The notes below the pieces were generated by a model, which saw only the letters and a list, made by a program, of their open reading frames with translations, did not search any database and had not been told where the DNA came from. Source: an uncultured Gemmatimonadales bacterium (GTDB taxonomy: Bacteria; Gemmatimonadota; Gemmatimonadetes; Longimicrobiales; Longimicrobiaceae). From it: a DNA stretch of 64,000 bases. The translations under genes and the position numbers were made by a program. Positions within the stretch are counted from its first letter, which is position 1, and each line of letters starts with the position of its first letter. Positions 11,023 to 20,267 of this stretch are shown one piece after another. The DNA is taken from the NCBI GenBank assembly GCA_963716255.1, contig OY970303.1, positions 2,816,001 through 2,880,000 of the forward strand. The letters are read 5' to 3'.

Positions 11023-11838
11023 ATGAACGTCATCAAGCTGAACAACGGGACGGAGGTCCGGGTGAGCCCGGAGGACCACGCGCGCCTTGCGGGATATTCC
11101 TGGAGCCGGTTCCGCAACGGCCGCGCGTACCGCAAGGAGCTGATCCCGCGCGAGGAGCGCGGAGGAAAGAAGACGCACCGCACCCTGCTGCTCCACCGCG
11201 AGGTGATGGGGGTGGACGACGACCGGCAGGTGATCTTCCGCGACGGCGACGCCGCGAACTGCACCCGCGAGAACCTGGTGGTGGTGGACGCCAGCTTCCG
11301 CCCGCGGCAGCGCGCCAAGAAGGGCGGCTCGTCGCAGTTCCGCGGGGTGGGGTGGAACCGCGCCAAGGGGATGTGGCAGGCCTACGTCCGCGTCAACGGC
11401 AAGCTGCGGCACCTGGGCTTCTTCCCGGAGGGACCGGAGGGGGAGGAGAAGGCGGCCCGCGCCTACGACGAGGTGGCGAAGGCGGAGTTCGGCGAGCTCG
11501 CCGTGCTCAACTTCCCCCGCGTGCGGCGCCGGCGCCTTGCCGCGCACGCCTCGGCGCTGCTGAAGAGCAAGCCGCGCCTGGTGGCGAGTGTTCCGCTCCG
11601 CGCGGAGCCGCAGCCCTCCGCGCCGGCCGCGCCGCTGGTGGCGATGCCCGCGGGGCCGCTCGCCGGCCCCGTGGTGGCGGTGGAGGTTCAGCCGGAAGCG
11701 CCCGCCGCCCCCGGAGAGAGCGTGGAAGCGCTCTTCCAGAAGCCGGTCGCCGAGCTGACGCCGGAGGAGCTGGAGGCGATGAAGGCCCGCTTCCTGGGCG
11801 ACCGCTACCGCGCCCGCCCCCGGCGGCTCGTGGGCTGA
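11023..11838 (+). CDS. HNH(degenerate)-AP2 domain DNA-binding protein
   Basis: LLHREVMG...VIFRDGDAANCTRENL (HNH-like) then SQFRGVGW...WQAYVRVNGKLRHLGFF...AARAYD (AP2). Confidence 0.85.
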   Translation: MNVIKLNNGTEVRVSPEDHARLAGYSWSRFRNGRAYRKELIPREERGGKKTHRTLLLHREVMGVDDDRQVIFRDGDAANCTRENLVVVDASFRPRQRAKKGGSSQFRGVGWNRAKGMWQAYVRVNGKLRHLGFFPEGPEGEEKAARAYDEVAKAEFGELAVLNFPRVRRRRLAAHASALLKSKPRLVASVPLRAEPQPSAPAAPLVAMPAGPLAGPVVAVEVQPEAPAAPGESVEALFQKPVAELTPEELEAMKARFLGDRYRARPRRLVG

Positions 11839-11883
11839 CGACGAGGGAACAGGGAACAGCCTGCACGGCACTGCGGACCCAGT

Positions 11884-11923
11884 GAAAGCGCCCCCGCCGG
11901 GAATTCCCGGCGGGGGCGCTTTC
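11884..11923. terminator. Intrinsic terminator-like hairpin
   Basis: GAAAGCGCCCCCGCCGGGA-A-TTCCCGGCGGGGGCGCTTTC long stem after the AP2 gene. Confidence 0.75.
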
Positions 11924-11929
11924 GTCCGG

Positions 11930-11985
11930 GCCCTCACCCGGCGGCCTTATAGCCGCCACCCTGTCCCAATTCTGGGAGAGGGGGC
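11930..11985. repeat. REP-like palindrome family B
   Basis: GCCCTCACCCGGCGGCCTTATAGCCGCCACCCTGTCCCAATTCTGGGAGAGGGGG. Confidence 0.7.
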
Positions 11986-12020
11986 AACGGCTGGATCTTG
12001 AGTACGGGCAGGCAGTTGCG

Positions 12021-12146
12021 TGAGGGATTACGGCCCGAAGGGGCGAGACCGCGCGGCTGTTTGCGCGGGCTCGACTCCGTTACGCACGGTTTTATCGTGC
12101 GTTACGGAGCCGAAGCCCGACCCCGGCGCCAGCCGGGGGCACGCCC
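12021..12146 (+). repeat. Structured repeat family A, copy 2
   Basis: Same conserved arms as copy 1 with different but still paired internal stems. Confidence 0.9.
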
Positions 12147-12159
12147 GAACCCCTCGTGG

Positions 12160-12297
12160 CTACAGGTGCCAGCCCCGGGCCCACAGGAAGGAGATGCCGG
12201 CCACGATGGCGAGCCACACCAGCGCGACGGCGAGCCCCGTGAGGGCCGCGGAGGTGCTGGTGCGGGCGTGTTCGTGCTCGTCGTGCGTCAGGGTCAT
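12160..12297 (-). CDS. 45-aa single-TM small protein (MTLTHDEHEH...RGWHL)
   Basis: Manual ORF below the track cutoff; GGAG RBS, GC3-rich codons, one TM helix. Confidence 0.65.
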   Translation of the reverse strand: MTLTHDEHEHARTSTSAALTGLAVALVWLAIVAGISFLWARGWHL

Positions 12298-12397
12298 GGG
12301 ATCAGGCTCCGTTCGAGCGTCGGTTCGGGGATCGGGGCGGCCGCGCGGCCGCCGCTACAACTTCCGGGATCGGGCGCCGGGAGGCAAGGGACGCGCC

Positions 12398-13180
12398 TCA
12401 CGCGGGGCGCAGCACCACGGGGTCGCCGCGGCGCACGCCCAGCCGCTCGGCGGCGGAGGCCCCGTCCACCGACACCTCCAGGAAGCCCGCGCTCCCCGCG
12501 ATCGCGAAGGGCTCGCCCGGCGCCGCGCCGGCGTAGTGGCCGCGGAGCGCGCGCACCTCGCGCCCGCCCACGGTGAGGCGGAGCGCCCCGGCTGCCCTCG
12601 CGGGGAGGTCGCCCGGGGCGAGGGTGGTGACGCAGTTGCCGAAGCGGTCCACGTGCAGCACCTCGCCGCGCACGGTGCCGTCCGGGTCGCGCCGGACGGC
12701 GATGGACGGCAGCCGCACCGGGTCGCGGATCTCGCTCCCCAGCGACTCCGGCGCGGCGCCCGCCGCCAGCGCGGCCGCCACCGGGGCGAACACGTCGCGC
12801 CCGTGGAAGGTGCGGCTCACCGGGTGGCGGAAGTGGCGGCCGTCGTCCAGGTGCCAGACGCGCGCTCCCGGCTCGCGGTCCAGCACGTGGCTGAAGACGC
12901 CGTTGTCGGGGCCCACGAAGCGCTGCCCGCCCGCGGTCGCCACCACCGCCCGCCTCGCCGAGCCCACCCCCGGGTCCACCACCGCCACGTGCACGGTGCC
13001 CGGCGGGAAGTCGCGGTACACGGCCAGCAGCGTGAACGCGGCGGCGGCCACGTCCTGCGGCGGCACCTCGTGCGTCACGTCCACCAGGCGCGCGCCCGGC
13101 GCCCGCCCCAGCACCACGCCCTTCATGGCGGCCACGAAGTAGTCGGCCGTGCCGAAGTCGGTGAGCAGGGTGACGATCAT
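12398..13180 (-). CDS. SAM hydroxide adenosyltransferase / chlorinase-fluorinase (DUF62) family
   Basis: MIVTLLTDFG, VVDPGVG, GPDNG, TFHGRDVFAP and VDRFGN. Confidence 0.92.
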   Translation of the reverse strand: MIVTLLTDFGTADYFVAAMKGVVLGRAPGARLVDVTHEVPPQDVAAAAFTLLAVYRDFPPGTVHVAVVDPGVGSARRAVVATAGGQRFVGPDNGVFSHVLDREPGARVWHLDDGRHFRHPVSRTFHGRDVFAPVAAALAAGAAPESLGSEIRDPVRLPSIAVRRDPDGTVRGEVLHVDRFGNCVTTLAPGDLPARAAGALRLTVGGREVRALRGHYAGAAPGEPFAIAGSAGFLEVSVDGASAAERLGVRRGDPVVLRPA

Positions 13181-13229
13181 CGCGGGGATCCGGGTGGCGG
13201 GGCGGGTGGCGTAAAGGGCCTTGGGGCTT

Positions 13230-13355
13230 GGGCGTGCCCCCGGCTGGCGCCGGGGTCGGGCTTCGGCTCCGTAGGGCTGCAAACAACGCAGCCCTACGGA
13301 GTCGAGCCCCGGCAAACTGCCGCCGGGTCTCGCCCCTTCGGGCCGTAATCCCTCA
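13230..13355 (-). repeat. Structured repeat family A, copy 3
   Basis: Reverse complement of the family A consensus. Confidence 0.9.
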
Positions 13356-13389
13356 CGCAACTACCTGTCCGTGCTCAAGATCCAGCGGT

Positions 13390-13476
13390 TGCCCTTCTCC
13401 CGGAACGGCGCTTCACGCTTCGCGTGAACCGGATGAAGGACCCGGGTGGCGAGCCTCAAGCGAGCCGGGTGAGGGC
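13390..13476. repeat. REP-like palindrome family B (inverted, with an extra hairpin)
   Basis: GGGTGGCGAGCCTCAAGCGAGCCGGGTGAGGGC. Confidence 0.65.
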
Positions 13477-13483
13477 GCCGCGC

Positions 13484-13753
13484 TCAGCCGGGGGGCTTTC
13501 CCTCGTGGCCCGGGTCCTTCTTCGCCAGGCGGCCGATCTCGATGTGCAGCGACATCAGGTCGCCGGACAGCTCGGTGATGCGCTCGCCGATCTCGATCAC
13601 GGTGCGCACGCCGTCGCCCCACACCTGCGCGACGTAGCAGTCGCCCGCGCGGAAGAGGACCCGCTGGGCGCGCTCCAGCGTCTGCATTGCCTCCCAGACC
13701 ATCTCGCCGGCCTCTTCGAGGTGGTCGGAGGAGCTCGGGTCGCGGTCGGGCAT
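13484..13753 (-). CDS. Hypothetical protein
   Basis: MPDRDPSS... helical ORF with genome-typical codon usage. Confidence 0.55.
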   Translation of the reverse strand: MPDRDPSSSDHLEEAGEMVWEAMQTLERAQRVLFRAGDCYVAQVWGDGVRTVIEIGERITELSGDLMSLHIEIGRLAKKDPGHEGKPPG

Positions 13754-13859
13754 GCGCGGGGAGGCAAGGGTGGAGGGCGGGTGGGCCGGGCGCCGCGGGG
13801 ACGCCCCAAAGATGGCCGCTCGCGCGCCGTCGCGCAAAGCGGGGGCGCGCAGCCGCCCG

Positions 13860-14438
13860 TTAGGGCGGGGGGCGCAGGCGCAGGGTGCCGTCCGGGAGGA
13901 GCTCGTGCCGGTCGCCGAGGACGGCCTCCAGGAGCGCGGTGTCCGGCTCCAGCGGCCCGATCCACACCCGCACCACCCGCCCCCGCCGGTCGATCAGCGC
14001 GGAGCGCGGGATCCCCCCGCGCGCCCCCAGCAGGGCGTCCAGCCGCTCCCACCCCTCCACCGAGGTGGGGTACGAGATGCCGAAGGCGCGCCGGAAGGCC
14101 TCCGCCTTGCGCAGCTCCTCCGTGCCGGCGTGCAGCCCCAGCACGACCAGCCCTTCCCCGCGGTAGCGGTCGTACAGCCGCTTCAGCGCCGGCATCTCCT
14201 CGATGCACGGCGGGCACCAGATGGCCCACGCGTTCACCAGTACCACCCGGCCGCGGAGCGCCTCCAGCGACACGGTGTCGCCCGCCAGCGTCACCGTGCG
14301 GAAGGCCGGCGCCGCCGCGCCCAGGCGCACCGTGCCGGGGATCTCCGCGGGCTGCTCGGGCACGTCGGGCACCGCGCAGCCCGGGAGCAGCGCGAAGGCG
14401 AGCAGGAGCCGGCCGGCGGCGAGTCGGCGTGCGGTCAT
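13860..14438 (-). CDS. TlpA-like thioredoxin/disulfide reductase lipoprotein
   Basis: Lipobox LPGC; NAWAIWCPPCIEEMP. Confidence 0.9.
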   Translation of the reverse strand: MTARRLAAGRLLLAFALLPGCAVPDVPEQPAEIPGTVRLGAAAPAFRTVTLAGDTVSLEALRGRVVLVNAWAIWCPPCIEEMPALKRLYDRYRGEGLVVLGLHAGTEELRKAEAFRRAFGISYPTSVEGWERLDALLGARGGIPRSALIDRRGRVVRVWIGPLEPDTALLEAVLGDRHELLPDGTLRLRPPP

Positions 14439-14540
14439 GGAGCGGGTGTGAGTCAGGAGTGCGGGGCGGAAACGGCCCGCCCGCGGCGGCGGGGCGCGGA
14501 GCGGCCGGCGCGGGCGGGGAGCCCGCGCCGGCCCGTGCCA

Positions 14541-14744
14541 CTATCGGTCCGGGTCCAGGTCGCGCTGGACCTTGCCGAGCGCGTCCTGGGCCTTGCCCTT
14601 GAGCTGGTCCATCTTGCCCTCGGCCTGCAGGCTCGAATCCCCGGTCAGCCCGCCGGCGGCATCCTTGAGCTTGCCCTTGAGGTCGGTCCCCTTGCCTTCG
14701 AGCGAGTTCTCGGTGCCCTTGCGGGTGAGGTCTCCATCGGCCAT
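14541..14744 (-). CDS. CsbD family stress protein
   Basis: MADGDL...KGKLKDAAGGLTGDSSLQAEGKMDQLKGKAQ. Confidence 0.88.
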   Translation of the reverse strand: MADGDLTRKGTENSLEGKGTDLKGKLKDAAGGLTGDSSLQAEGKMDQLKGKAQDALGKVQRDLDPDR

Positions 14745-14952
14745 CGGTGCCTCCACGTCTCGAGTTCCGGCGCAGTGCGGCGCACCGCACGGAGCTGCGT
14801 CGCAATTCGCGTACCCGGTTCCGGGAAAACGACTTGCGCCCCGGCACGCCGGCCTGTGCCCCGAGCCGGGCGGGGCCGGCGGCCGGGGCGCGGCCCTTGC
14901 CACCACGCGCCGGAGCGGCTAATTCACGGGAAAACCCTTCGACCCGGCGCAC

Positions 14953-15534
14953 ATGTTCCTCCTCCGCAGGCCCAGCGATGACCAGATGCGCCGCTACGTG
15001 GCGGAGCGGGAGGACGCGCCCCTCACCTACCCCGAGGCCGGCGCCAGCCTGGGCACCGCGGCGCCGCCGGGCTACCTGCGCAACTTCGCCATCACCCGGC
15101 TGGGCACGGGGATGGAGACGTACCGCCGCGCCGTGGCCGCGGTGCGGCGCTGGGCCATGTACGACATGGAGTGGACCCGCATCCTGTGGCCGGACACGCC
15201 CATCGAGCCGGGGCGCACCTCGGGGCTGCTGGTGCGGCACCTGGGGTTCTGGTCGCTGCACCCGTGCCGGATCGTCTACGTCATCGACGAGGCGGAGGGT
15301 CCCACCCGGCGCTTCGGCTTCGGGTACGGCACCGTGGCCGACCACGCGGAGCGGGGGGAGGAGCGCTTCACCGTGGAGTGGCGCATGAAGGACGACGTGG
15401 TGTCGTACGAGCTGTTCTCGTTCTCACGCCCGGCGGCGCCGCTGGCCGTCCTCGGCTTTCCGTTCAGCCGCGCCCTGCAGAAGCGGTTCGCGCGCGAGTC
15501 GCTGAGGGCCATGCGTGCTGCGGTGGCTTCCTGA
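14953..15534 (+). CDS. DUF1990 family protein
   Basis: LTYPEAGAS, CRIVYV and FGYGTVADHAERGEERF. Confidence 0.85.
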   Translation: MFLLRRPSDDQMRRYVAEREDAPLTYPEAGASLGTAAPPGYLRNFAITRLGTGMETYRRAVAAVRRWAMYDMEWTRILWPDTPIEPGRTSGLLVRHLGFWSLHPCRIVYVIDEAEGPTRRFGFGYGTVADHAERGEERFTVEWRMKDDVVSYELFSFSRPAAPLAVLGFPFSRALQKRFARESLRAMRAAVAS

Positions 15535-15555
15535 ACGGGTTTTGACGGCAGGTTC

Positions 15556-15681
15556 GGGCGTGCCCCCGGCTGGCGCCGGGGTCGGGCTTCGGCTCCGTAA
15601 CGCAGCAAACAACGCTGCGTAACGGAGTCGAGCCCCGCGAAACTGCCCGCGGGTCTCGCCCCTTCGGGCCGTAATCCCTCA
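15556..15681 (-). repeat. Structured repeat family A, copy 4
   Basis: Reverse complement of the family A consensus. Confidence 0.9.
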
Positions 15682-15691
15682 CGCGACGGCA

Positions 15692-15724
15692 GGCCCCTCC
15701 CCCGGTTCCTGGGAGGGGCTTTTT
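15692..15724 (+). terminator. Intrinsic terminator
   Basis: GCCCCTCCC-loop-GGGAGGGGC followed by TTTTT, between convergent genes. Confidence 0.7.
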
Positions 15725-15755
15725 CGTGGCACGTCCGGGCGTCTTCCGGATGCCG

Positions 15756-18182
15756 CTACCGCCCCGGGAGCAGCACGGTCGTGCGCTCGGCCGCGGCGCG
15801 CACCTTGTCGCGGGAAAAGAGCACGGGGAAGTACTCGCCGCGGGCCCAGGGGGCGAACAGGTCGCCGTAGTGCGGGTCGCGCGGGTCGCCGGACTGGCCC
15901 GGGGAGTTGGTGCCCAGGGAGGCGTCCCAGTCGGACGGGTCGGCGACGATGCGGAAGGTGGCGCCGGCAACCTGGTTCTCGTAGCCGCCGGTGGCGTTGA
16001 CCGTCTGCGAGCTGCCGCCGCGGGGAAGCGGACCCAGGTCCAGGCCGGCGCGGGCCGCGGAGTCCACGGCGGCGCTCAGCGGGTGCCGCAGCAGCACGTG
16101 GTGCATGCGCGGCTGGCCGTAGAGCCACGCGCTCACGTCCGGCCCCAGGCTCTCCCGCAATTCCGCCACGGCCTCGTCCAGGCTGCGCACCAGGATGAAG
16201 TCGCGCACGCGGACCGGCTCGCTGCCCAGGCGCCGGTCGGGCCGGGTCATCAGCTCCACGGCGCGCTCCAGCGCCACGCCGGGAAGGAAGGGGCGCGCCT
16301 CCTCCGGGACCATGCGGTCGCGCAGGTTGCGCTGGATGCGGCGCTCCCACGCCACGTAGATCGTGGCGGGCACGGACTCGGCGCCCAGCACGCGGTCCCA
16401 CCCCAGCAGCATCTCCCTCGCGCGGACGGCGAGCGAGTCGCGGACGGCGACGCGCCGCAGCAGCGGCACCAGCGCGCGGGCGGGGAGCGAGGTCTCGTCG
16501 TGCTGGAGCGCGGCCATGTCGCGCACGGTGAGCCCGCGCCGCGACCCCAGCACCTCGCCCACGCGCCGCACGCGGTACGGGTCGGCCCAGGTGAGCGCGA
16601 CGGCGTCGGTGTGGGGGTAGCCGGCGGGGACGTTGTTCTCGTTGGCGGTCGCCAGGAAGCCGCTGCGCGGGTTCGCGGCGCCGGGGAGATCGCGCACGGG
16701 GAGGAATCCGTCCCACTCGTAGCGCCCGTCGCCGGGCACGGGGAGCACGCCGCTCCACGCGCGCCGCACCGGCGCGATCCCCGTGGCCTGCCAGCCGATG
16801 TTCCCGCGCCGGTCGGCCCACACCATGTTCTCGGCCGGGGCCAGGGCGTAGCCGCACGCCTCCAGGAACTCCTCCCACGTGCGCGCCTGGTCCATGCGCA
16901 GCGAGGCCAGGTACGGCGCGGTGCCCGGCTCCAGCCACGCGGCCCGCAGCGCGTACGCCCGCCGCCCCTCGCGGTCCTCGTGCAGAACGGGGCCATGGCG
17001 GGTGAACCTCAGCTCCACCTCCACGGGCGCCTGGCCCTCCACCCGCACGGTGTCGCGCAGCACGCGCATGGTTTCCCAGCCGCCGCGGTAACGGTAGCGG
17101 AGGGGGTCGGCGGGGTCGGTCTCGTAGACGTACAGGTCCTCCTGGTCCACCCCGAAGATCGTCAGCCCCCACGCGCCCTCGGCGTTGTGGCCGATGGACA
17201 CGCCGGGGAGCGTGGGCTCGCCCCCGCCGACGACGTCCCACCCCGGCGCGGACAGGTGCACCCAGTAGCGCAGCGAGGGCACCTGGAGCGCGCGGTGCGG
17301 GTCGTTGGCGAGCAGCGGCAGGCCGCTCGCGGTCCGCCTTCCGGCGACCACCCAGTTGTTGCTGCCCACCGTCGCCATCTCCTCGCTCCAGTGGGGCCGG
17401 GCGGGCACGGCGGCGGAGAGCCGGGCGAGCGCGGTGCGGCCGGCGCGGCCGGCGGGGACCACGTCCTCCGCGCGGAAGCTGAGCGGGGCGCGGTAGGCGG
17501 TGTACAGCTCCAGCACGGCGCTGGTGATGCGCGCGGAGTCGAGGGCGGGGTCCAAAGCGAGCCTGGGGTCGCCCGGGGCGAAAACGTTGACGTCCGCGAC
17601 GGCGGCCGCGTCGCCGTGGCGGAGCGCCTGCGCGAGCGCGACCTCCTGCTCCACGTTGCGGAAGAGCCCGTTGTGGCGGGACACGACGACCTCGGGCGTC
17701 CAGCGGCCCGGGCGGATCCCCAGCCAGCCGAACTCGGGCGGGAGGAGCCGCGGGTCGCGCTCGGTCTCGGCGATGCGGGCGTTGACGCCGTCCACGAACG
17801 CGCCGACGATCTCTTCGCCCTGCGGGTGGTAGTGGCGCAGTTCGGCGCGCATGTCGCCGCGGAAGGCGAAGAGGCGCGCAGCCACGTCGCGCTTCAGCTC
17901 GCGCGGGCCCAGCACCTCGGCCAGCGTGCCGGTGGCCTGGCGGCGCCACATCTCCAGCTGGAACATGCGGTCGCGGGCGGCGTTGTAGCCCTGCGCGAAG
18001 AACAGGTCGCGGGTGCTCTGGGCGTAGATGTGCGGCACGCCCCAGCGGTCGCGCACGATCTCCACAGGTGCGGCGACGCCGGGGACGCGGAGGGTGTCGG
18101 CCTGGGCAGAGGCAGTGGACGGGGCGAGGAATGTCGCCCCGGCGAGGAGCGCGAGCGCGCACATCACAGGGACATGCTTCAT
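15756..18182 (-). CDS. Penicillin acylase family (Ntn-hydrolase)
   Basis: RDRWGVPHIYA, GSNNWVV (catalytic Ser), LANDPH and PGQSG. Confidence 0.93.
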   Translation of the reverse strand: MKHVPVMCALALLAGATFLAPSTASAQADTLRVPGVAAPVEIVRDRWGVPHIYAQSTRDLFFAQGYNAARDRMFQLEMWRRQATGTLAEVLGPRELKRDVAARLFAFRGDMRAELRHYHPQGEEIVGAFVDGVNARIAETERDPRLLPPEFGWLGIRPGRWTPEVVVSRHNGLFRNVEQEVALAQALRHGDAAAVADVNVFAPGDPRLALDPALDSARITSAVLELYTAYRAPLSFRAEDVVPAGRAGRTALARLSAAVPARPHWSEEMATVGSNNWVVAGRRTASGLPLLANDPHRALQVPSLRYWVHLSAPGWDVVGGGEPTLPGVSIGHNAEGAWGLTIFGVDQEDLYVYETDPADPLRYRYRGGWETMRVLRDTVRVEGQAPVEVELRFTRHGPVLHEDREGRRAYALRAAWLEPGTAPYLASLRMDQARTWEEFLEACGYALAPAENMVWADRRGNIGWQATGIAPVRRAWSGVLPVPGDGRYEWDGFLPVRDLPGAANPRSGFLATANENNVPAGYPHTDAVALTWADPYRVRRVGEVLGSRRGLTVRDMAALQHDETSLPARALVPLLRRVAVRDSLAVRAREMLLGWDRVLGAESVPATIYVAWERRIQRNLRDRMVPEEARPFLPGVALERAVELMTRPDRRLGSEPVRVRDFILVRSLDEAVAELRESLGPDVSAWLYGQPRMHHVLLRHPLSAAVDSAARAGLDLGPLPRGGSSQTVNATGGYENQVAGATFRIVADPSDWDASLGTNSPGQSGDPRDPHYGDLFAPWARGEYFPVLFSRDKVRAAAERTTVLLPGR

Positions 18183-18272
18183 ACGTGGACCTGATGAGAG
18201 TTCTGAGGCAAGGGCAAGGAGGTGGCTGGAGACCGGTCAAGAAGTTGAGACAGACGGATCTGTCGCTCCAGC

Positions 18273-19607
18273 CTACACGTTTGCGTGCCTGACGACGACA
18301 TCCAAACGGCCCTCTACCTGCCGAGGGGTGTTTGCGGCAATCACTCGGTATTGAATGCTGAAGGACTGTGCCTCGTCGTGTGAGGCAAACCCGACCGTGA
18401 GCATCGGAAGCTCGGACTCAGATTGGTGGTTCAACTTCTGTATCTGGTACTCCAACTCCCTGCCATCTGCGCGGTTCCTCACCTTCTTCAGCTGAAAGGA
18501 ATCAGGTGCCCGTGAGTGGGTAGTCGATTCGGGTCCGGCGAGCAGTGCGGGCGCTACTCCCTTCTCTGGCGCCTTGCTGCCTGGAGGCGGAGGAGGAGTT
18601 GGCTCCCGTAGCTCAGGAATGAGAACAAGGCAGTCGGGAAGCACGAGAAAGACGCGAGCATCCTCCGCCGGCTTCGTACCAACGTTGCTTACGACAAGCG
18701 GGAGCTGCCACGTACGCCGAACTGAATTCTGGTACTCACCCCAGGCAACGAGGTACTCCACGTATTGATTGAAGTACCTGTCGAGAGAAGTGTTGAAGTT
18801 CTGGGCTTCAATGATCGCGAACGATTTGGCAAAACGGGCCAGGCCCGCACGCACCTCGCGCCCACCTTCCCCCTCGCTCGCAAAACTGTCTGCCTGGGCG
18901 ATCAAGTCGGCAGGATCTCGCCGTTTGAACTTTGGCACGATCGTATGTGCGACATGCGCCCGGGCGACCTCGGGCGTCACCATCATCGCCCGGGACAACG
19001 GAACCTCCCACCGGTTGCTTCCGCCAACGAACGACAGGAGGAGTTCCGGAATTGCCCGCTTCAGCTCGCGGTTCTCGGCCTCAAGCTCCTGGATCCGCTT
19101 GCGGGACGGATCTGCCGTGTCAGGAATTTGCAGAGATTCGGGGAGGCGAATGGCACGAATTCCCAGACCGTGTGCCTTCAACTCCAATCCCGTGTCGTGT
19201 GTCACCAGCACGACCTCTTGCTCTGGATTGGTCTGCTTGTGATGAATGATCGACGCCAACAGCTGGTCGTCGGACCACGCCTTGTCGAGTTGGAGGGCGT
19301 CGTAGTCGATCTGGGGAAGAGCACTCGCAAACTGCACGCTTGTGGTTCCGTCGAGTCGCCCGCCTTCCTCCAAGATGGCCTTCCGAATTCTACGAAGCGC
19401 TTCGCGTGCCCGATCCCTTAGACGCTGGACCGTGTGCACATCCTTGTGCTTGTCGAGTTCGCCCACGACTACGGGCGGCAGGACGAGCCTGGCTTCAGAC
19501 GCCGCAAGCACCTTTGTCCAGCTGATCTGGTGAAACGGTTGGTAGTGGAGGAAGATGTTTGTATCGAGGAAGGCGACAACCGGCCCTCTGGCACGTCTGT
19601 TCTTCAT
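18273..19607 (-). CDS. PIN-domain protein with C-terminal extension
   Basis: AFLDTNIFLH, VVGELDKHK, DDQLL and LVTHDTGL (PIN acidic residues); lower GC than the flanks. Confidence 0.8.
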   Translation of the reverse strand: MKNRRARGPVVAFLDTNIFLHYQPFHQISWTKVLAASEARLVLPPVVVGELDKHKDVHTVQRLRDRAREALRRIRKAILEEGGRLDGTTSVQFASALPQIDYDALQLDKAWSDDQLLASIIHHKQTNPEQEVVLVTHDTGLELKAHGLGIRAIRLPESLQIPDTADPSRKRIQELEAENRELKRAIPELLLSFVGGSNRWEVPLSRAMMVTPEVARAHVAHTIVPKFKRRDPADLIAQADSFASEGEGGREVRAGLARFAKSFAIIEAQNFNTSLDRYFNQYVEYLVAWGEYQNSVRRTWQLPLVVSNVGTKPAEDARVFLVLPDCLVLIPELREPTPPPPPGSKAPEKGVAPALLAGPESTTHSRAPDSFQLKKVRNRADGRELEYQIQKLNHQSESELPMLTVGFASHDEAQSFSIQYRVIAANTPRQVEGRLDVVVRHANV

Positions 19608-19696
19608 AGAAATCTGTGGGGAGTGACATTCCGGAATATGAAGTTCGTTGAATCTGACAGATGTCCTCGCATCAGTCCACACCCTGAATGGGCCAT

Positions 19697-20101
19697 TCAG
19701 AGGTTGACAAGCCGCTTGTTCCAAAGCGCGAGCACCACGTCCATCTGCTGGTTGTGCGTCTTCTCCGGGTCGGCTCCAATCTTCTTCATGACACGCCACC
19801 ATAGGTCGGCCGCGCCGACGCGAGCCAGAGCAGGGTCTGCAACGAGCAGGTGAACCGCAGCCCGGGCATATCCGCCGTTGAGGCTCGAATCGTTCTCGGC
19901 GCCCACCTCACCCTGCACGCCACGGATCAGTCCGGCGCGGCAGAGTCCGAGGAACGCGTGCTTCGGACAACTCTTACGCCTGGCCTGCTCCCGATCCGGA
20001 AACATTTCAGCCGCGACCGAGTCCCACGCCTGCTCGGGCGACCAGAAGCCGTTCTGTACCAGTCCCGCCGCCCGGACTGCGGTATCCCCGTACTTGCCCA
20101 T
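19697..20101 (-). CDS. Hypothetical protein (DUF6979-like)
   Basis: MGKYGDTAVRAA...KSCPKHAFLGLC...HNQQMDVVLAL; AGGAGG RBS. Confidence 0.7.
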   Translation of the reverse strand: MGKYGDTAVRAAGLVQNGFWSPEQAWDSVAAEMFPDREQARRKSCPKHAFLGLCRAGLIRGVQGEVGAENDSSLNGGYARAAVHLLVADPALARVGAADLWWRVMKKIGADPEKTHNQQMDVVLALWNKRLVNL

Positions 20102-20267
20102 GTGTTTACCTCCTTTGGATCGACGAACTCACCTCAGAAGCTCGGGCTGACGAACACAGAGCGGGCGAACAACCTCAGCAACCGCGCGCCACAGGCCCGG
20201 CTCCGCGTAGGCGTGCTGTCGCGGACAATCTCAACGGACGCGGCGGTGCACGGGAGGCGAGAACGCA

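Noticed and set aside
12398..13180. Fluorinase/chlorinase activity
   Set aside because: The TFHGRD motif fits the common DUF62 SAM hydrolases, and there is no biosynthetic cluster context
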